Shown here one piece after another: positions 28,839 to 39,113 of a stretch of DNA of 64,000 nucleotides. Location: assembly GCA_965222375.1 (NCBI GenBank), contig CBDCTZ010000015.1, forward strand, positions 1 through 64,000. Direction: 5' to 3'. The stretch comes from Polyangiaceae bacterium (GTDB lineage: Bacteria; Myxococcota_A; Polyangia; Polyangiales; Polyangiaceae). The notes under the pieces are model-generated. The model was not told where the DNA came from, made no database searches, and worked only from the letters and a program-made list of their open reading frames with translations. Within the stretch, counting starts at the first letter, position 1, and the number at the start of each line of letters is the position of its first letter. The position numbers and the translations under genes were made by a program.

Positions 28839-30218
28839 ATGGCTCGTACGACTACGCTGGTGGTGTTCGCGGCTGCGCTCGGCGTGACCGCGTGCTCCTG
28901 TGGTGAAAGCAGTGGCAACGCGCCGGGCAAGGTCGACGGCTCCATGCTAGCCGACTCGAGCGGTGAAGACGCCAAGCTCGACGTTCACCCAGCGGACAGT
29001 GGGTCCGATGCTGAGGACGCTGCTGTAGCGATGGATGCGAAGCCCGATGTACACGTCCCCGGCCATGCCTGGCTCGGGCACAGCGCCTGGAAGCCGGTGA
29101 CCACGTTTCCGGAGTGCGACGTTCGGGTGGCCGAGAGCGAGTTGCCTCCGTGGCCAGGGTTCTCGTGGAAGAGCTGTGGGCCGGGTTGTGAACGCACGGA
29201 CGTCGTCGTGGGCCCCGCAGCCGTATTCAAGGGCGCGCAGCGCTTCGGCTCGCGCAGCGTGCTGGCCGGGAACGAAGTGATTCTGACTTTGGTCGGCGGA
29301 GTACGTAACGATGGTGCGCCGGGAATCGCTTGGGGGATGACGATAGATGCGCGCACGGAGGTGCCCCTTGGCTTCGTGGGCGCGTTCAAGGCGAACTGCG
29401 GGATGAACTTTCAGGGCTTCTCGACCAACGCGCTAGCAATCCGAGTGATCGGGGCCGGCGAAGTCGCGAAAGTCGTGCATGCGCCGCTCAAGCCAACAGA
29501 CTCACTGGTCTGGGCGAGCCCAGAAATCACCCACAATGGCACCTTGATCGCCCGGAACTCAGGCTGGATGGAACTCCGCGGCAATGCGGTGCTAGGAGAA
29601 TCGCCGCTTCTGGCATCTGCGACATTCAAAACGGTCCACACAGCATCGGGAGCTGCGTACCGCGCGATACCTGCGGGCGAAGCCGTCGCATGGGTGGAGT
29701 GGGGTACCCGCGCAACTATCGGCGCGTGGAGCCAGAAACACGGCGGCCGCACGCTGGTGCAGGACCCGACGTACCATGCAGCCCACTTCGCGAGCGGTCC
29801 GGGTTGGTTGGCCTGGCTCGGCGTGACGGGGCCAAAGGCGCAAACGGGAAGCTACGAGACCGCGACGCTTCACTGGGCCTCCTTTTCCGGAGATCCAAAG
29901 ACCGTGGCGGGAGAAAACAGCGTCGCGTTGCCGGTCAAGTTCTCCGTCGAACCCATGGTGGGCGGCAGCAACTGGGTGGCGATGCGGCATGCCACCGCAA
30001 AGCCACCTAGAAGCGTGCTCGTCGTCAACCTGGTGGACAAGAGCGTCTGGAGCATTCTGGAGACCGCTGGCAACTACGCAACACCGTTGGCGGTTTTCGA
30101 CAACACGCTGTTGGTCGCCAACGCCAGCGCAGGATCCATACAGCCCGCACAGTACTACGACGAACTTATTCGCTACGATCTGACCAAGCTCTCCGCCTTC
30201 GCCACCAAGCTCCCATGA
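28839..30218 (+). CDS. Hypothetical lipoprotein, likely beta-propeller
   Basis: 'LGVTACSC' lipobox, Asp/Ala linker, beta-rich Trp-containing body. Starts 18 nt after the protease stop. Confidence 0.75.
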   Translation: MARTTTLVVFAAALGVTACSCGESSGNAPGKVDGSMLADSSGEDAKLDVHPADSGSDAEDAAVAMDAKPDVHVPGHAWLGHSAWKPVTTFPECDVRVAESELPPWPGFSWKSCGPGCERTDVVVGPAAVFKGAQRFGSRSVLAGNEVILTLVGGVRNDGAPGIAWGMTIDARTEVPLGFVGAFKANCGMNFQGFSTNALAIRVIGAGEVAKVVHAPLKPTDSLVWASPEITHNGTLIARNSGWMELRGNAVLGESPLLASATFKTVHTASGAAYRAIPAGEAVAWVEWGTRATIGAWSQKHGGRTLVQDPTYHAAHFASGPGWLAWLGVTGPKAQTGSYETATLHWASFSGDPKTVAGENSVALPVKFSVEPMVGGSNWVAMRHATAKPPRSVLVVNLVDKSVWSILETAGNYATPLAVFDNTLLVANASAGSIQPAQYYDELIRYDLTKLSAFATKLP

Positions 30219-30541
30219 AGGCGTGGCAGTTCCTTCTCGTGCTTGCGCTCGCTCGGGCTGCGGTGTCCTGCGGCTACGGTTGTGACGACCGGAGCCACAA
30301 CACGACGCTACTCGTCCTGGACGCGGATACACTCGATCCAGTTTGCGCATTCGTCGATCCTCCGAATCCGTTCCAGAAAACCTGCCGATCCGTGTGGGGA
30401 GTGCTGATCGAAAGTGACAGTCGCGACGTCAAGGTGCAGGCAGACGGCTACCAAGATCGAGTTGCCGCGATCAGCCCCGTCCGTTTCACTACCTGCGGCG
30501 CCACCGGTGGTTGCAACGTCGTCTTCATGGTGAAGGAATGA
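30215..30541 (+). CDS. Small Cys-rich lipoprotein (carboxypeptidase-regulatory/PEGA-like)
   Basis: ATGA overlap with the upstream gene; signal peptide with Cys; 'VLDADTLDPVCA', 'VQADGY'. Confidence 0.6.
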   Translation: MKAWQFLLVLALARAAVSCGYGCDDRSHNTTLLVLDADTLDPVCAFVDPPNPFQKTCRSVWGVLIESDSRDVKVQADGYQDRVAAISPVRFTTCGATGGCNVVFMVKE

Positions 30542-30897
30542 GGGGAGTGCGCGCGGCGGGGTCCCTGGTCATGGCCGCATTGAGCTGGCTGACCCTTTCC
30601 TGCGACAGCGAGAGCGCGTGCCGCACGAACCGCGTTCTGATGGTCGTGGACCGGCAGAGAGTCCCCATTTGCGACGCCACTGTGCAGCGCGTGTCGCCCG
30701 GCGGGGTGGCGACTCTCGAGACCACTGCGACCTGCAAGGCAGTGTATGACGTGTTGGTCGAGCGAGACATCGTGGTCGAAGTGTCCGCTCCTGGACACCT
30801 GACGCAGCGCAGCACGCTGCGCCCCGCTGTCGCCACAGACGACGAGCCCTGCCGTTCCCAGGCGTGTGCACTGGTGGTGCTCGAGCCAGAATCCTAG
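30538..30897 (+). CDS. Small Cys-rich lipoprotein, apparent paralog of the upstream gene
   Basis: ATGA overlap; 'LTLSC'; 'VVDRQRVPICDA', 'VLVERD', 'VSAPGH'. Confidence 0.6.
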   Translation: MRGVRAAGSLVMAALSWLTLSCDSESACRTNRVLMVVDRQRVPICDATVQRVSPGGVATLETTATCKAVYDVLVERDIVVEVSAPGHLTQRSTLRPAVATDDEPCRSQACALVVLEPES

Positions 30898-31173
30898 CCG
30901 CACGCCTCGTGGCGCGCGCGGGTGGACGCACGAGAGTAGTGCTCCTGCCCGGCACAGGGATGCGACCCAAACTACCAGAGCATCGGCCTGGATAGCCTGG
31001 CCCAAGCCTCCCGATTGGGCGCCCGGCCCTCGAGGCCGTCAAGACCGCGGGCGGGCTCGCGGGGTTGCTACGGGAAGCGTGGCGGTCCACGCGCCGGCGA
31101 TCTGTTCTGCGCGCGAAGCTCTCGCGCAAGCAATGACGCACACCCGAGTGGGCTCCGGCCGACTTCTGATCGA

Positions 31174-32259
31174 CTACTGCCAGTGCCGGACGTAGTCGAC
31201 TTTGAGAGTCGACGGCACTTTGATCGGGTACTTCGTGTTCAGGCCCAAGTTGATGATGATGTAGTGGGGCGAGCTGGCTGTCTTCGCGCCGCCTTTCAGG
31301 TCACTGGATGCAACGGATCCGACATCTTTTCCGTCGTAGTAGAAAGTGATCTTGTCAGGTTGCCAGTTAGCGCCGAAAACGTGCCATCCGGAACCGGCTA
31401 TCAAGTTCTGGGTGGGCGCAGTGATCTGACCGTGGGTTTCGCCGGGGCCGGTGTCCGAATCGTAGTGGTACGTCCAGCGGGTCGCCACGCCGCCGCCGAG
31501 GGTCTCCATGATGTCGATCTCGCCATCTTGAGGCCATGTCTTGCCGTTCACCCAAAACGCGGCCCAGTTCTGAGCTGTCCCGCTGCCCGGCGGGAGCCAC
31601 ATCCGCGCCTCCACGAAACCGTAGGTGTAGGTGTAGCGACCTTCGGACATGATGATGCCCGACTTGTAGCTCGCGGGGCTGCCGTCCTTCTTGACGCAGC
31701 CCGCCTGGGTCGTAGCGACTGCAGTTAGGGACAGCTCCCCGCCACTGACCTTCACCTGCGTAGGATCGTAGCAGCTGGCCTCCAGATCGTTGATGGGCTT
31801 GGTGACGGTCGTGTTGGTGGCCCCGAACCAATTCGGCCGCCACTTGCTGAAGTCCAACTTGGTGCCGTCGAACTCGTCCTGGAACACCAAGGTCCAACTG
31901 CCGCCCACACCCTGCGGCTTGGGCGAGCCGGAGCTCCCGCCGGTTCCCGAGCCCGCCGCGCCACCCGAGCTGGTTCCTCCAGCGCCGCTCGAACCGGCAC
32001 TTCCACCGCTGCCCGCACTGCCTCCGCTGCTTCCGCCGGCGCCGGCACCACCGCTCGAACCGCCACTCCCGCCGCCAACTCCGCCGGTCGCCGAGCTGCC
32101 ACCAGAGCCTGCACTTCCACCCGTAGCTGCTCCACCAGCGCCCGAGGCGCCACCGGAACCACTTGAATCATCATCGCTCCCGCAGCGCAGCGTCAGCGTG
32201 GACAGAGCAACTATGGCTAGGCAGGTCAGGCGCTTGCGCGGGAGGGAAATCGCGGGCAT
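31174..32259 (-). CDS. Glycoside hydrolase family 16 lipoprotein
   Basis: 'WTLVFQDEFDG', catalytic 'GEIDIME', 'WHVFGANW', 'VDYVR'; Gly/Ser linker after the signal Cys. Confidence 0.9.
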   Translation of the reverse strand: MPAISLPRKRLTCLAIVALSTLTLRCGSDDDSSGSGGASGAGGAATGGSAGSGGSSATGGVGGGSGGSSGGAGAGGSSGGSAGSGGSAGSSGAGGTSSGGAAGSGTGGSSGSPKPQGVGGSWTLVFQDEFDGTKLDFSKWRPNWFGATNTTVTKPINDLEASCYDPTQVKVSGGELSLTAVATTQAGCVKKDGSPASYKSGIIMSEGRYTYTYGFVEARMWLPPGSGTAQNWAAFWVNGKTWPQDGEIDIMETLGGGVATRWTYHYDSDTGPGETHGQITAPTQNLIAGSGWHVFGANWQPDKITFYYDGKDVGSVASSDLKGGAKTASSPHYIIINLGLNTKYPIKVPSTLKVDYVRHWQ

Positions 32260-32347
32260 CACGCCCGAGTTTACCCCGTTTGAACCTCGATCGCGCGGGA
32301 GAGCACTATCGGTGAAATAAATCCGGCGCCGGCGCGAATAGGGGCGC

Positions 32348-33049
32348 ATGTCGCCCACAGCGCCGATCATTCGCCTCGAATCCCTGACCAAGACCTTCCC
32401 CTCGGGCGACTCGGAAGTCCGGGCGTTGCGGGGGGTCGAGCTCCAGGTCGAAAGCGGTCAGCTCGTGGCAATCACCGGCGCGTCAGGCTCCGGGAAGTCC
32501 ACAGCGCTGAATATTCTGGGCACCCTGGATCGACCGACCTCTGGGCACTACTTCCTGGATGGTCAGCCCGTCGAGCGGCTCGAGGACGAAGAACTCGCCA
32601 AGATCCGCAACGCCAAGCTCGGATTCGTCTTTCAGTCCTTCAACCTTTTGCCCCACGACAGCGCTCTCGACAACGTCGAGTTGCCCCTTAGCTACGCGGG
32701 TGTGTCTCGGCGCGAGCGGCGGCAACGATCCCTGGAAGCGCTGGACCAGGTCGGGCTGGGGGACAGAATCGGACACCGACCGAACCAGCTTTCCGGAGGG
32801 CAGCAGCAGCGAGTCGCTATCGCGCGCGCCATCGTCAACCGGCCAAAGCTCTTGTTGGCGGACGAACCCACTGGAGCGCTGGACTCGACGACTACAACGC
32901 AGATCTTGGAGCTGCTCGGGCAGCTCCATGCACAGGGCATGACCGTCGTCTTGGTGACTCACGACCCCCGCGTTGCGGATTTCGCACAGCGAGTCGTCGA
33001 GTTTTCCGACGGTGAAATCCTATCGGATAGCAGGAGGACAGCAGCATGA
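32348..33049 (+). CDS. ABC transporter ATP-binding protein (MacB/LolD type)
   Basis: GASGSGKS, '[10 protein letters not shown]', LSGGQQQR, '[11 protein letters not shown]', VTHD. Confidence 0.95.
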   Translation: MSPTAPIIRLESLTKTFPSGDSEVRALRGVELQVESGQLVAITGASGSGKSTALNILGTLDRPTSGHYFLDGQPVERLEDEELAKIRNAKLGFVFQSFNLLPHDSALDNVELPLSYAGVSRRERRQRSLEALDQVGLGDRIGHRPNQLSGGQQQRVAIARAIVNRPKLLLADEPTGALDSTTTTQILELLGQLHAQGMTVVLVTHDPRVADFAQRVVEFSDGEILSDSRRTAA

Positions 33050-34155
33050 AACGGCGCAAAGGGTGGATCACTTTCGGGGCGCTCGTGATCGGCGCGGTCG
33101 TGGCGACCGTATTGTTCTTGCGCAACCGGGGCGACAGTGAACCGATCGACCCCGCCATGGTGATCGTTGCGGAGCGGGCACCGCTAGCGATAAACGTACT
33201 GGAAGTCGGACGCATCGAGGCTTTCGAAGAAGTGAAGCTCACGTCTCGGCGCGCAGGGCGAGTCGTCGCGGTACAAGTGAGCGAGGGGGACAAAGTGGAG
33301 ATCGGCACGCCATTGGTCCTACTCGACCCGGTCGCAGCGAAGCGCGAGGTTTCGAAAGCGCGCGTGCAGCTGACCCGCGCAAAAGCAGACCTGAAGTTCC
33401 AGCAGCAGACGCTCGCACGCCAAGAGCGGGGCTTCCGCATGGGCGTGGTTCCCGGCGTCAAGGCAGACGAAGCCAGGCAACAGACCGAGTTGGCGCGGCT
33501 CCAAGTCCGCGCGGCACGCGTCGATCTTTCCGTCGCGCGGGATCACCGGCGAGACATGCAGCTCGTAGCTCCCATCGCCGGCACGGTGATTCGCCGCAAT
33601 ATCGAGCCGGGTGAGACGGTCCGACCCGGGGTCGAAGTATCCCCCGAACTGGAAAGCCTGATGACCATTGCGGATCTTTCACGATTGCGAGTAACTGTCG
33701 AACTCAACCAAGTTGACGTAGCGAAAGCGCAACTTGGCCAGCGCGTATCCTTGGTCCTCGACGCGCTACCCGGGGAAACCTTCCACGCGAAACTCAGCCG
33801 CATCGCTGCGGCCTCGACCCGCAAGCCCGGCAAGGACTTCGACGTGTTTCCCGTGGAAGCATTGCTCACCATGCCGGACCCACGAATCAAGCCCGGCATG
33901 ACTGCAGACGTGCGCATTCACGTGAGCGAGAAGCCGGGTGTCGTGTCTCTGCCCTTGGAGTCGGTCCGACGCGAGGAAGGCAAAGCCTTCGTCAAGCGGA
34001 TCGTGGCGGGGGACAGCGGTGAGACCACCGAGCAGGTTCAAGTGACGTTAGGCGTGGAGAACGACCGCAGGGTGGAAGTCGTCTCTGGCATCGACGCTGG
34101 TGAGCGAGTGCTGATTGACCCACCATCGGCTGCGGACAACGAAACAAAGATCTGA
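33046..34155 (+). CDS. Efflux periplasmic adaptor subunit (MacA/HlyD family)
   Basis: N-terminal TM, lipoyl halves 'GRVVAVQVSEGDKV' and 'APIAGTV', 'KPGMTADV'. Confidence 0.9.
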   Translation: MKRRKGWITFGALVIGAVVATVLFLRNRGDSEPIDPAMVIVAERAPLAINVLEVGRIEAFEEVKLTSRRAGRVVAVQVSEGDKVEIGTPLVLLDPVAAKREVSKARVQLTRAKADLKFQQQTLARQERGFRMGVVPGVKADEARQQTELARLQVRAARVDLSVARDHRRDMQLVAPIAGTVIRRNIEPGETVRPGVEVSPELESLMTIADLSRLRVTVELNQVDVAKAQLGQRVSLVLDALPGETFHAKLSRIAAASTRKPGKDFDVFPVEALLTMPDPRIKPGMTADVRIHVSEKPGVVSLPLESVRREEGKAFVKRIVAGDSGETTEQVQVTLGVENDRRVEVVSGIDAGERVLIDPPSAADNETKI

Positions 34156-35378
34156 TGCGCGCCCTCGACTTTCGCGTGGCGGCGCGAGCGCTTCGTGCAC
34201 GGGCGTTTCGTTCGCTGCTGACGGTCTCGAGCATCACCGTTGGCTGCTTGGCGATCGTTCTGATGTCGTCCCTGGCCAAGAGTGGGCTGAACACGCTGAT
34301 GCACGGCATCGAGGAAATCGGAGGTGCGCGGCTGCTGTTGGTTGCTCCAAAGGCTGCCGAGCGGGCTGAGAAGAAACAAGAAAGCTCGAGGGGTGCCCTG
34401 TCCACGGCAGACCGGGACGCGGCGGTCGTCGACGTGCCCCATCTGAATAGCCACTCACTGTACGCCAGCGTGGGGCAGCGAGACGTGCGGCGCCTCGGCG
34501 GCAAGGGCGTGAGAAGCGATGTGGTCGCGGCGGACGCTGGGTTCTTCGACGTGTTCCGAATGCAGGTGGACCGCGGTCGGGCCGTGACGAAGGCCGATGG
34601 CGCGGCTGCCTCGCCAATCTGCGTGGTGGGCCCAAAGCTCGTGCAGCGGCTTGGCTCGGCGCCAGCATTGCGGAGCTCGATCGATGTTGGAGGCTTCCGA
34701 TGTCGAGTCGTCGGTGTGCTCGCGGACAATGGCCGCTTCGGCACTAACTTCGGTTTTGATTGGAACGACCTCGTGGTCGTGCCGTATCGGGCGTGGCTGT
34801 TGCACCAGCCTGAGGCCGGACGGCGTGCCAACATCGTACTGGAAACGCAGGCGGCTCGCTTCAATGATCCCGTCAAGCGCATCGTCAACGCACGCTTAGA
34901 ACGCCGGCGCAATGGCGTAGACGACTTCACCCTCTACGATCTGTCATCGGTAGTTGCGCGATTCGAAGCCAGCTTCCTCGTGATGAAGCTCTTGGTCGGT
35001 GTGGTCGCAGGCATCGCGTTGGTCATCGGTGGCGTGGGCGTGATGAACATGATGCTCGTCAGCGTCAGTGAACGCGTTCGGGAAATCGGCGTTCGCCGCG
35101 CGCTGGGCGCGACTCGGGGCGACATCCGCCGTCAGTTCCTGATTGAAGCGTCGATGTTGTCGGGGCTTGGCGGGCTGGTGGGGTGTCTCGGCGGCGCGGC
35201 TTCAGCGCTCGCGAGCGGCGCGCTCATTCAGAGCCTCCTTCCGGCATGGATACCGTCACTCTCCCTGCCCGCAGCAGGTGCGGCTCTGGCCTCGGCGCTC
35301 GGCATTGGCATCGTATTTGGAATCCTGCCAGCGCGCCAAGCGGCGCAGCTCGCTCCAGTCGAGGCGATGCGACGATGA
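34155..35378 (+). CDS. ABC transporter permease (MacB/FtsX family)
   Basis: 'RSLLT..SI.VG', 'GGVGVMNMMLVSVSERVREIGVRRALGA'. Confidence 0.92.
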   Translation: MRALDFRVAARALRARAFRSLLTVSSITVGCLAIVLMSSLAKSGLNTLMHGIEEIGGARLLLVAPKAAERAEKKQESSRGALSTADRDAAVVDVPHLNSHSLYASVGQRDVRRLGGKGVRSDVVAADAGFFDVFRMQVDRGRAVTKADGAAASPICVVGPKLVQRLGSAPALRSSIDVGGFRCRVVGVLADNGRFGTNFGFDWNDLVVVPYRAWLLHQPEAGRRANIVLETQAARFNDPVKRIVNARLERRRNGVDDFTLYDLSSVVARFEASFLVMKLLVGVVAGIALVIGGVGVMNMMLVSVSERVREIGVRRALGATRGDIRRQFLIEASMLSGLGGLVGCLGGAASALASGALIQSLLPAWIPSLSLPAAGAALASALGIGIVFGILPARQAAQLAPVEAMRR

Positions 35379-36640
35379 AGCCGTCAGACCTGCTTCGAAC
35401 CCTGCGCAGCTTGGGCGCGCGACCCGGGCGAACCGTGCTCACCCTGCTGGGCATCGTGATCGGCTCCGGCGCGATAGTTCTGGTTGCAGGTCTGGTAGCC
35501 GGTGGCAAAGCCGCGCTGATGCGCACGAGTCAAGAAGCGACGGGCTCAGATCTCGTGCGCATCCGCAGTCGAAAGCTGCCCAGCGCCGAGCTCGTGCGAG
35601 CGCGGCCGGAGCTGTCACGAGCTGATGGCGAGGCGCTAGCTCAAAACTGGGCAGCGGCGGGAAGCCCGGCTCACGCGGAGTCGTCACGCACGGTGCGCGC
35701 GCGTTTCGTGAGTCGTCGCGCCTCGTCGTCGGCGGCGTCATCGACCCCGAAGCGCAAGAAGGTTCGCATGGTCAGCGGAAATCCGCGGGTCGCTGGCATC
35801 TATGGGTTGCAAGTGCGCTCAGGGCGTTTTCTCAACGCCAGGGACCTCCATGAAAGGCGCCGGGTCTGTGTCGTTGGGCACGAGGTCTGGGTCGAACTGA
35901 TGAGCAGAACCCGCCTTTCGAGCCAGCCCAGTATCGCAATGGATGGTCAGCTATGGAAGGTGGTGGGCGTTTTGGCGCCGAAACCCATCATGGGGTCGAC
36001 CACGGGAACCAACATCTGGGACCGCAAAGTCCTCGTGCCTGAAACCACCTTCGACGCCAGCTACGCACCCGATCATCGGGTAGACGTGATCACCGTTGCC
36101 GCAGCGAGGCACAGCGGGTCTTCGCTATCAGTCGTCAGCCGTGTCTTCGAGCGCTTGCTACTGCGTCGCCATCACGGCGCGCACAACTTCAAAATCGAAG
36201 ACCGAGCGGGCGGCCAGATGGAGCAGCTGATTCTAGGTATCGTCGAGGCCTTGCTAATCGCTACGGGCGCACTCGCGCTCCTGGTCGGTGGCATTAACGT
36301 GATGAATGTGATGCTCGTCAACGTGAGCGAGCGCACTCGCGAGATCGGCATCCGACGAGCTCTTGGCGCTACGCGCCGGAGCATCGCGATGCAGTTCTTG
36401 TTGGAGTCATCGCTCTTGAGCGTGATTGGCGGCGTCATCGGCGTGACGGGGGGAAGCGCACTGGTGCATGCAGCCGCCGCTGGCTTTTCAAGCTGGCTCG
36501 GCTACTTCCCTGGTCAGGTGGAGACTTGGTCCGTGGCGCTAGGGCTGGGCCTGTCGCTCACCGTGGGTATCGTCTTCGGCCTGTTGCCGGCACTGCGTGC
36601 GTCGCGACTTCATCCGGTGGTGGCGCTGCGCAGCGAGTAG
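35375..36640 (+). CDS. ABC transporter permease (MacB/FtsX family)
   Basis: 'RTVLTLLGIVIG', 'GGINVMNVMLVNVSERTREIGIRRALGA'. ATGA overlap fixes the start at 35375. Confidence 0.92.
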   Translation: MKPSDLLRTLRSLGARPGRTVLTLLGIVIGSGAIVLVAGLVAGGKAALMRTSQEATGSDLVRIRSRKLPSAELVRARPELSRADGEALAQNWAAAGSPAHAESSRTVRARFVSRRASSSAASSTPKRKKVRMVSGNPRVAGIYGLQVRSGRFLNARDLHERRRVCVVGHEVWVELMSRTRLSSQPSIAMDGQLWKVVGVLAPKPIMGSTTGTNIWDRKVLVPETTFDASYAPDHRVDVITVAAARHSGSSLSVVSRVFERLLLRRHHGAHNFKIEDRAGGQMEQLILGIVEALLIATGALALLVGGINVMNVMLVNVSERTREIGIRRALGATRRSIAMQFLLESSLLSVIGGVIGVTGGSALVHAAAAGFSSWLGYFPGQVETWSVALGLGLSLTVGIVFGLLPALRASRLHPVVALRSE

Positions 36641-36750
36641 CAGCCCACACCAGCGTTGAGCCAGTCTACTCAGGCGTTCTTTACGCCCGCTCGGCCAGAG
36701 CCTACTGGCCTTGGAGCCACGCTGACTCTCGAGCGGAGCCGAGCGCGTCG

Positions 36751-38022
36751 CTAGTTTCCGGATTTGGGTGCCGTGAGGATGTCCCTCGCTTCCAGCTTGA
36801 AGTCGAGAGGCTGCCCGGCTCGGGAAACGGAGATGTTCAACACTTCGCCAATGTAGCGCCCGGTGAAGAGCCAGGGCCGCTGGGCGGGCGAGTAGGAGCT
36901 CATGGGCTTGCCAGCCGCAACCGTGATCTCGTCTCCGACCTGAACGCCCATATCCTTCGCACTGCTGCCCGCCATGACCGCAGCGACTTTGACGGGCCCG
37001 GTGGTCGTCTCTTCCAACGCAACGCCGTAGGGGAAGAACTCCTGAGTCTCGGTCGTGTTCATTCCCGCGTAGCCATCCATGCGGATCAGGCCGGCAGGCT
37101 GATCAATGGTGACCAAGAAGTGGCTGAGGTAGCCATTTGGCAGCACCCCCAGAAAGGGGCCACCCTCTAGCTGCGGTAGCGGGATCATCCCTTCGGGGAT
37201 CGTGCGCGTCGTGATGTTCTTGATCGCGCGCCCCGCAACTTCCAAGCTTCCAATGGTTGTCAACTGAGCCCAGAAGGTACCGATGCCGGCTGGCGTGTAG
37301 AAGCCACCGATGGCGGGCCGCGGCGCTTTAGCCTGGAGAGTGTCGAACACGCCACTGGGCATTGCGCCTAGTGAGGCGCCCGAGTCCACCAAGAACCAAC
37401 CTTCGAGCCCTTCCGCCTTGCCGGGCACGAAGAAGTAGTGCTCGTACACATAGGATACGTCCACGGGAGTCCTGTCGACGTGGTCGCAGGCGAGCAGATC
37501 CGACTCGTTTCGGGCTGTCTCCATCCAAAACACCCCGCGCTGCACGTCGAGAGTCACCGAGTGACCACCCATGACGTCGGCACCCAAGATCCCATCGATG
37601 CCTGGGATCCCGTATTGAGCGATCGACGTCGTCGTCATGTAACCCAGGGGAATGGTCTTGTCGGCTACGTGGATCTCGTAGGGCCCCTGGCCGATCTGCT
37701 TGAAGGTCGCCGTGTCCATCACGGATGTGGGCGCTCCGGTGTCATAGACGAACTTGAAGGGGCCCTTATCGCCAAACTTGACTTGAACTGTGGGTTTGCG
37801 AGCGACCTCGCCGAGGGGGTGCCCGGTTGGACACGCACCAAGGGGTGCCCCACCACTGCCTCCTGCGCCGGCGGAACCCGCCAGCCCGGCGCTGCCAGCC
37901 ATGCCTCCGGTGCCCGGAGTGGCGCCGGCTCCCCCTTGTCCGCCGGAGTTTTGGTCGGCGTCGCCGCCGCAGGCGCTGAGCACCAAGAGAGCTAAGGTCC
38001 CGAGAATCTTCAGTGGTCGCAT
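36751..38022 (-). CDS. Lipoprotein with two retropepsin-like aspartyl protease domains and a PDZ domain
   Basis: 'LSAC' lipobox; 'VYDTGA', 'GILG', 'LVDSGA'; PDZ 'GSSAKDMGVQVGDEI'; SD GGAGG. Confidence 0.85.
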   Translation of the reverse strand: MRPLKILGTLALLVLSACGGDADQNSGGQGGAGATPGTGGMAGSAGLAGSAGAGGSGGAPLGACPTGHPLGEVARKPTVQVKFGDKGPFKFVYDTGAPTSVMDTATFKQIGQGPYEIHVADKTIPLGYMTTTSIAQYGIPGIDGILGADVMGGHSVTLDVQRGVFWMETARNESDLLACDHVDRTPVDVSYVYEHYFFVPGKAEGLEGWFLVDSGASLGAMPSGVFDTLQAKAPRPAIGGFYTPAGIGTFWAQLTTIGSLEVAGRAIKNITTRTIPEGMIPLPQLEGGPFLGVLPNGYLSHFLVTIDQPAGLIRMDGYAGMNTTETQEFFPYGVALEETTTGPVKVAAVMAGSSAKDMGVQVGDEITVAAGKPMSSYSPAQRPWLFTGRYIGEVLNISVSRAGQPLDFKLEARDILTAPKSGN

Positions 38023-38091
38023 GGCATCCTCCAACTAGGAGAGGAGGATGGCTTCGCGGCTCTCGACTGTCTCCGCGCTTCGTGCGCTTCG

Positions 38092-38943
38092 TTAGGCGGA
38101 TTGTGCTCTGGGTCGCAGGTTTTCGCTGTGCTCCGCGATCCAGGCGCTTGGGGTCTGCCCATACTTGTCGCGAAAACTACGGCTGAAGCGGCCCAGATCC
38201 GCGAACCCGACTGACAACGCCGCTCGAGTGACCGAGTAGCGTCCCGTGCAGAGCAACTCCGCCGCTCGGGTCAGACGAGTCTCTGTGAGAAACCGGTAGG
38301 GGCTCATGCCCGTCTGCTCGCGGAACAGACGACTGAAGTGGAAGCGACTGATTCCGGCGACCTGCGCCATGTCATCAACAGAAATGTCTTCGGAATAGTT
38401 GTCTTGCGCGTATTCCAATGCGGCGCTCACTCTTGGGTCCTTCGCGGTGGAGCCCTTCGCGGCGGGGATCTGTCGATGCACCAAGGTCAGCAGTGCGTCG
38501 ACGATCGCGTCGGACAGCAACACCAAGCCTGGCCCCCCGGCTTTGCTCTCGGCAACCAGCGTAGCCGCCATAGCGGCCACTCGCTGCGCGTCCTCCAAGC
38601 GGAACACGGGTTGCTTGTGTCTCAGTCCCAGTCCGGCGCGAAGCACCGACGCGCGCTCGGCCTCGACCCACAGGCTCGTCGCGCGGGTGCCGGGAGCAAT
38701 CTTCGTTCGATGCTCGACACCGGGCGCCAGATGCACGACCTGACCGGGCTCCAACACCAAACTCCGAATGCCAAGGTCGTACTCGACGGCGCCTTGCTCG
38801 ACGACAGCCAGCTCGACCTGAGGGTGGGCGCCGACTGGATACGAACGCTGGTCCTGTTGACACCAACTTCGCACCCGCACCGCCGGTGAGGGTTGCGCGT
38901 CGAAGACGACCTCGGGGGCTCGGATTTCGCTGGTGGAGGTCAT
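38092..38943 (-). CDS. AraC family transcriptional regulator with cupin domain
   Basis: 'H.QVE..VVEQG', 'ISRFHFSRLFRE.TG.SP', 'VGF.D...FSRSF...YG.TP'. Confidence 0.92.
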   Translation of the reverse strand: MTSTSEIRAPEVVFDAQPSPAVRVRSWCQQDQRSYPVGAHPQVELAVVEQGAVEYDLGIRSLVLEPGQVVHLAPGVEHRTKIAPGTRATSLWVEAERASVLRAGLGLRHKQPVFRLEDAQRVAAMAATLVAESKAGGPGLVLLSDAIVDALLTLVHRQIPAAKGSTAKDPRVSAALEYAQDNYSEDISVDDMAQVAGISRFHFSRLFREQTGMSPYRFLTETRLTRAAELLCTGRYSVTRAALSVGFADLGRFSRSFRDKYGQTPSAWIAEHSENLRPRAQSA

Positions 38944-38955
38944 ACGGTGTCTCAA

Positions 38956-38971
38956 AGCAGCTTGCGTGCCA
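38956..38971 (-). promoter_or_regulatory. Sigma-54 -24/-12 promoter
   Basis: Minus strand TGGCACGCAAGCTGCT (GG-N10-GC). Confidence 0.6.
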
Positions 38972-39113
38972 GCACATTCGAGCAGGTTTTCGCGCCGTTG
39001 AAGCGTCGAGCGTGCAAGCGCTAACGCTTGCCATCGATCCGCCGCTCCAGAGTTGCGCCCCACCTGCCAGCCTCGGGTTGGCACTCGGATCGGGACACTG
39101 GTACTCAGCCGCA

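Noticed and set aside
32348..36640. ABC exporter as part of a RiPP/bacteriocin cluster
   Set aside because: No precursor peptide or modification enzyme is adjacent. It looks like an ordinary MacAB/YknXYZ-type exporter.
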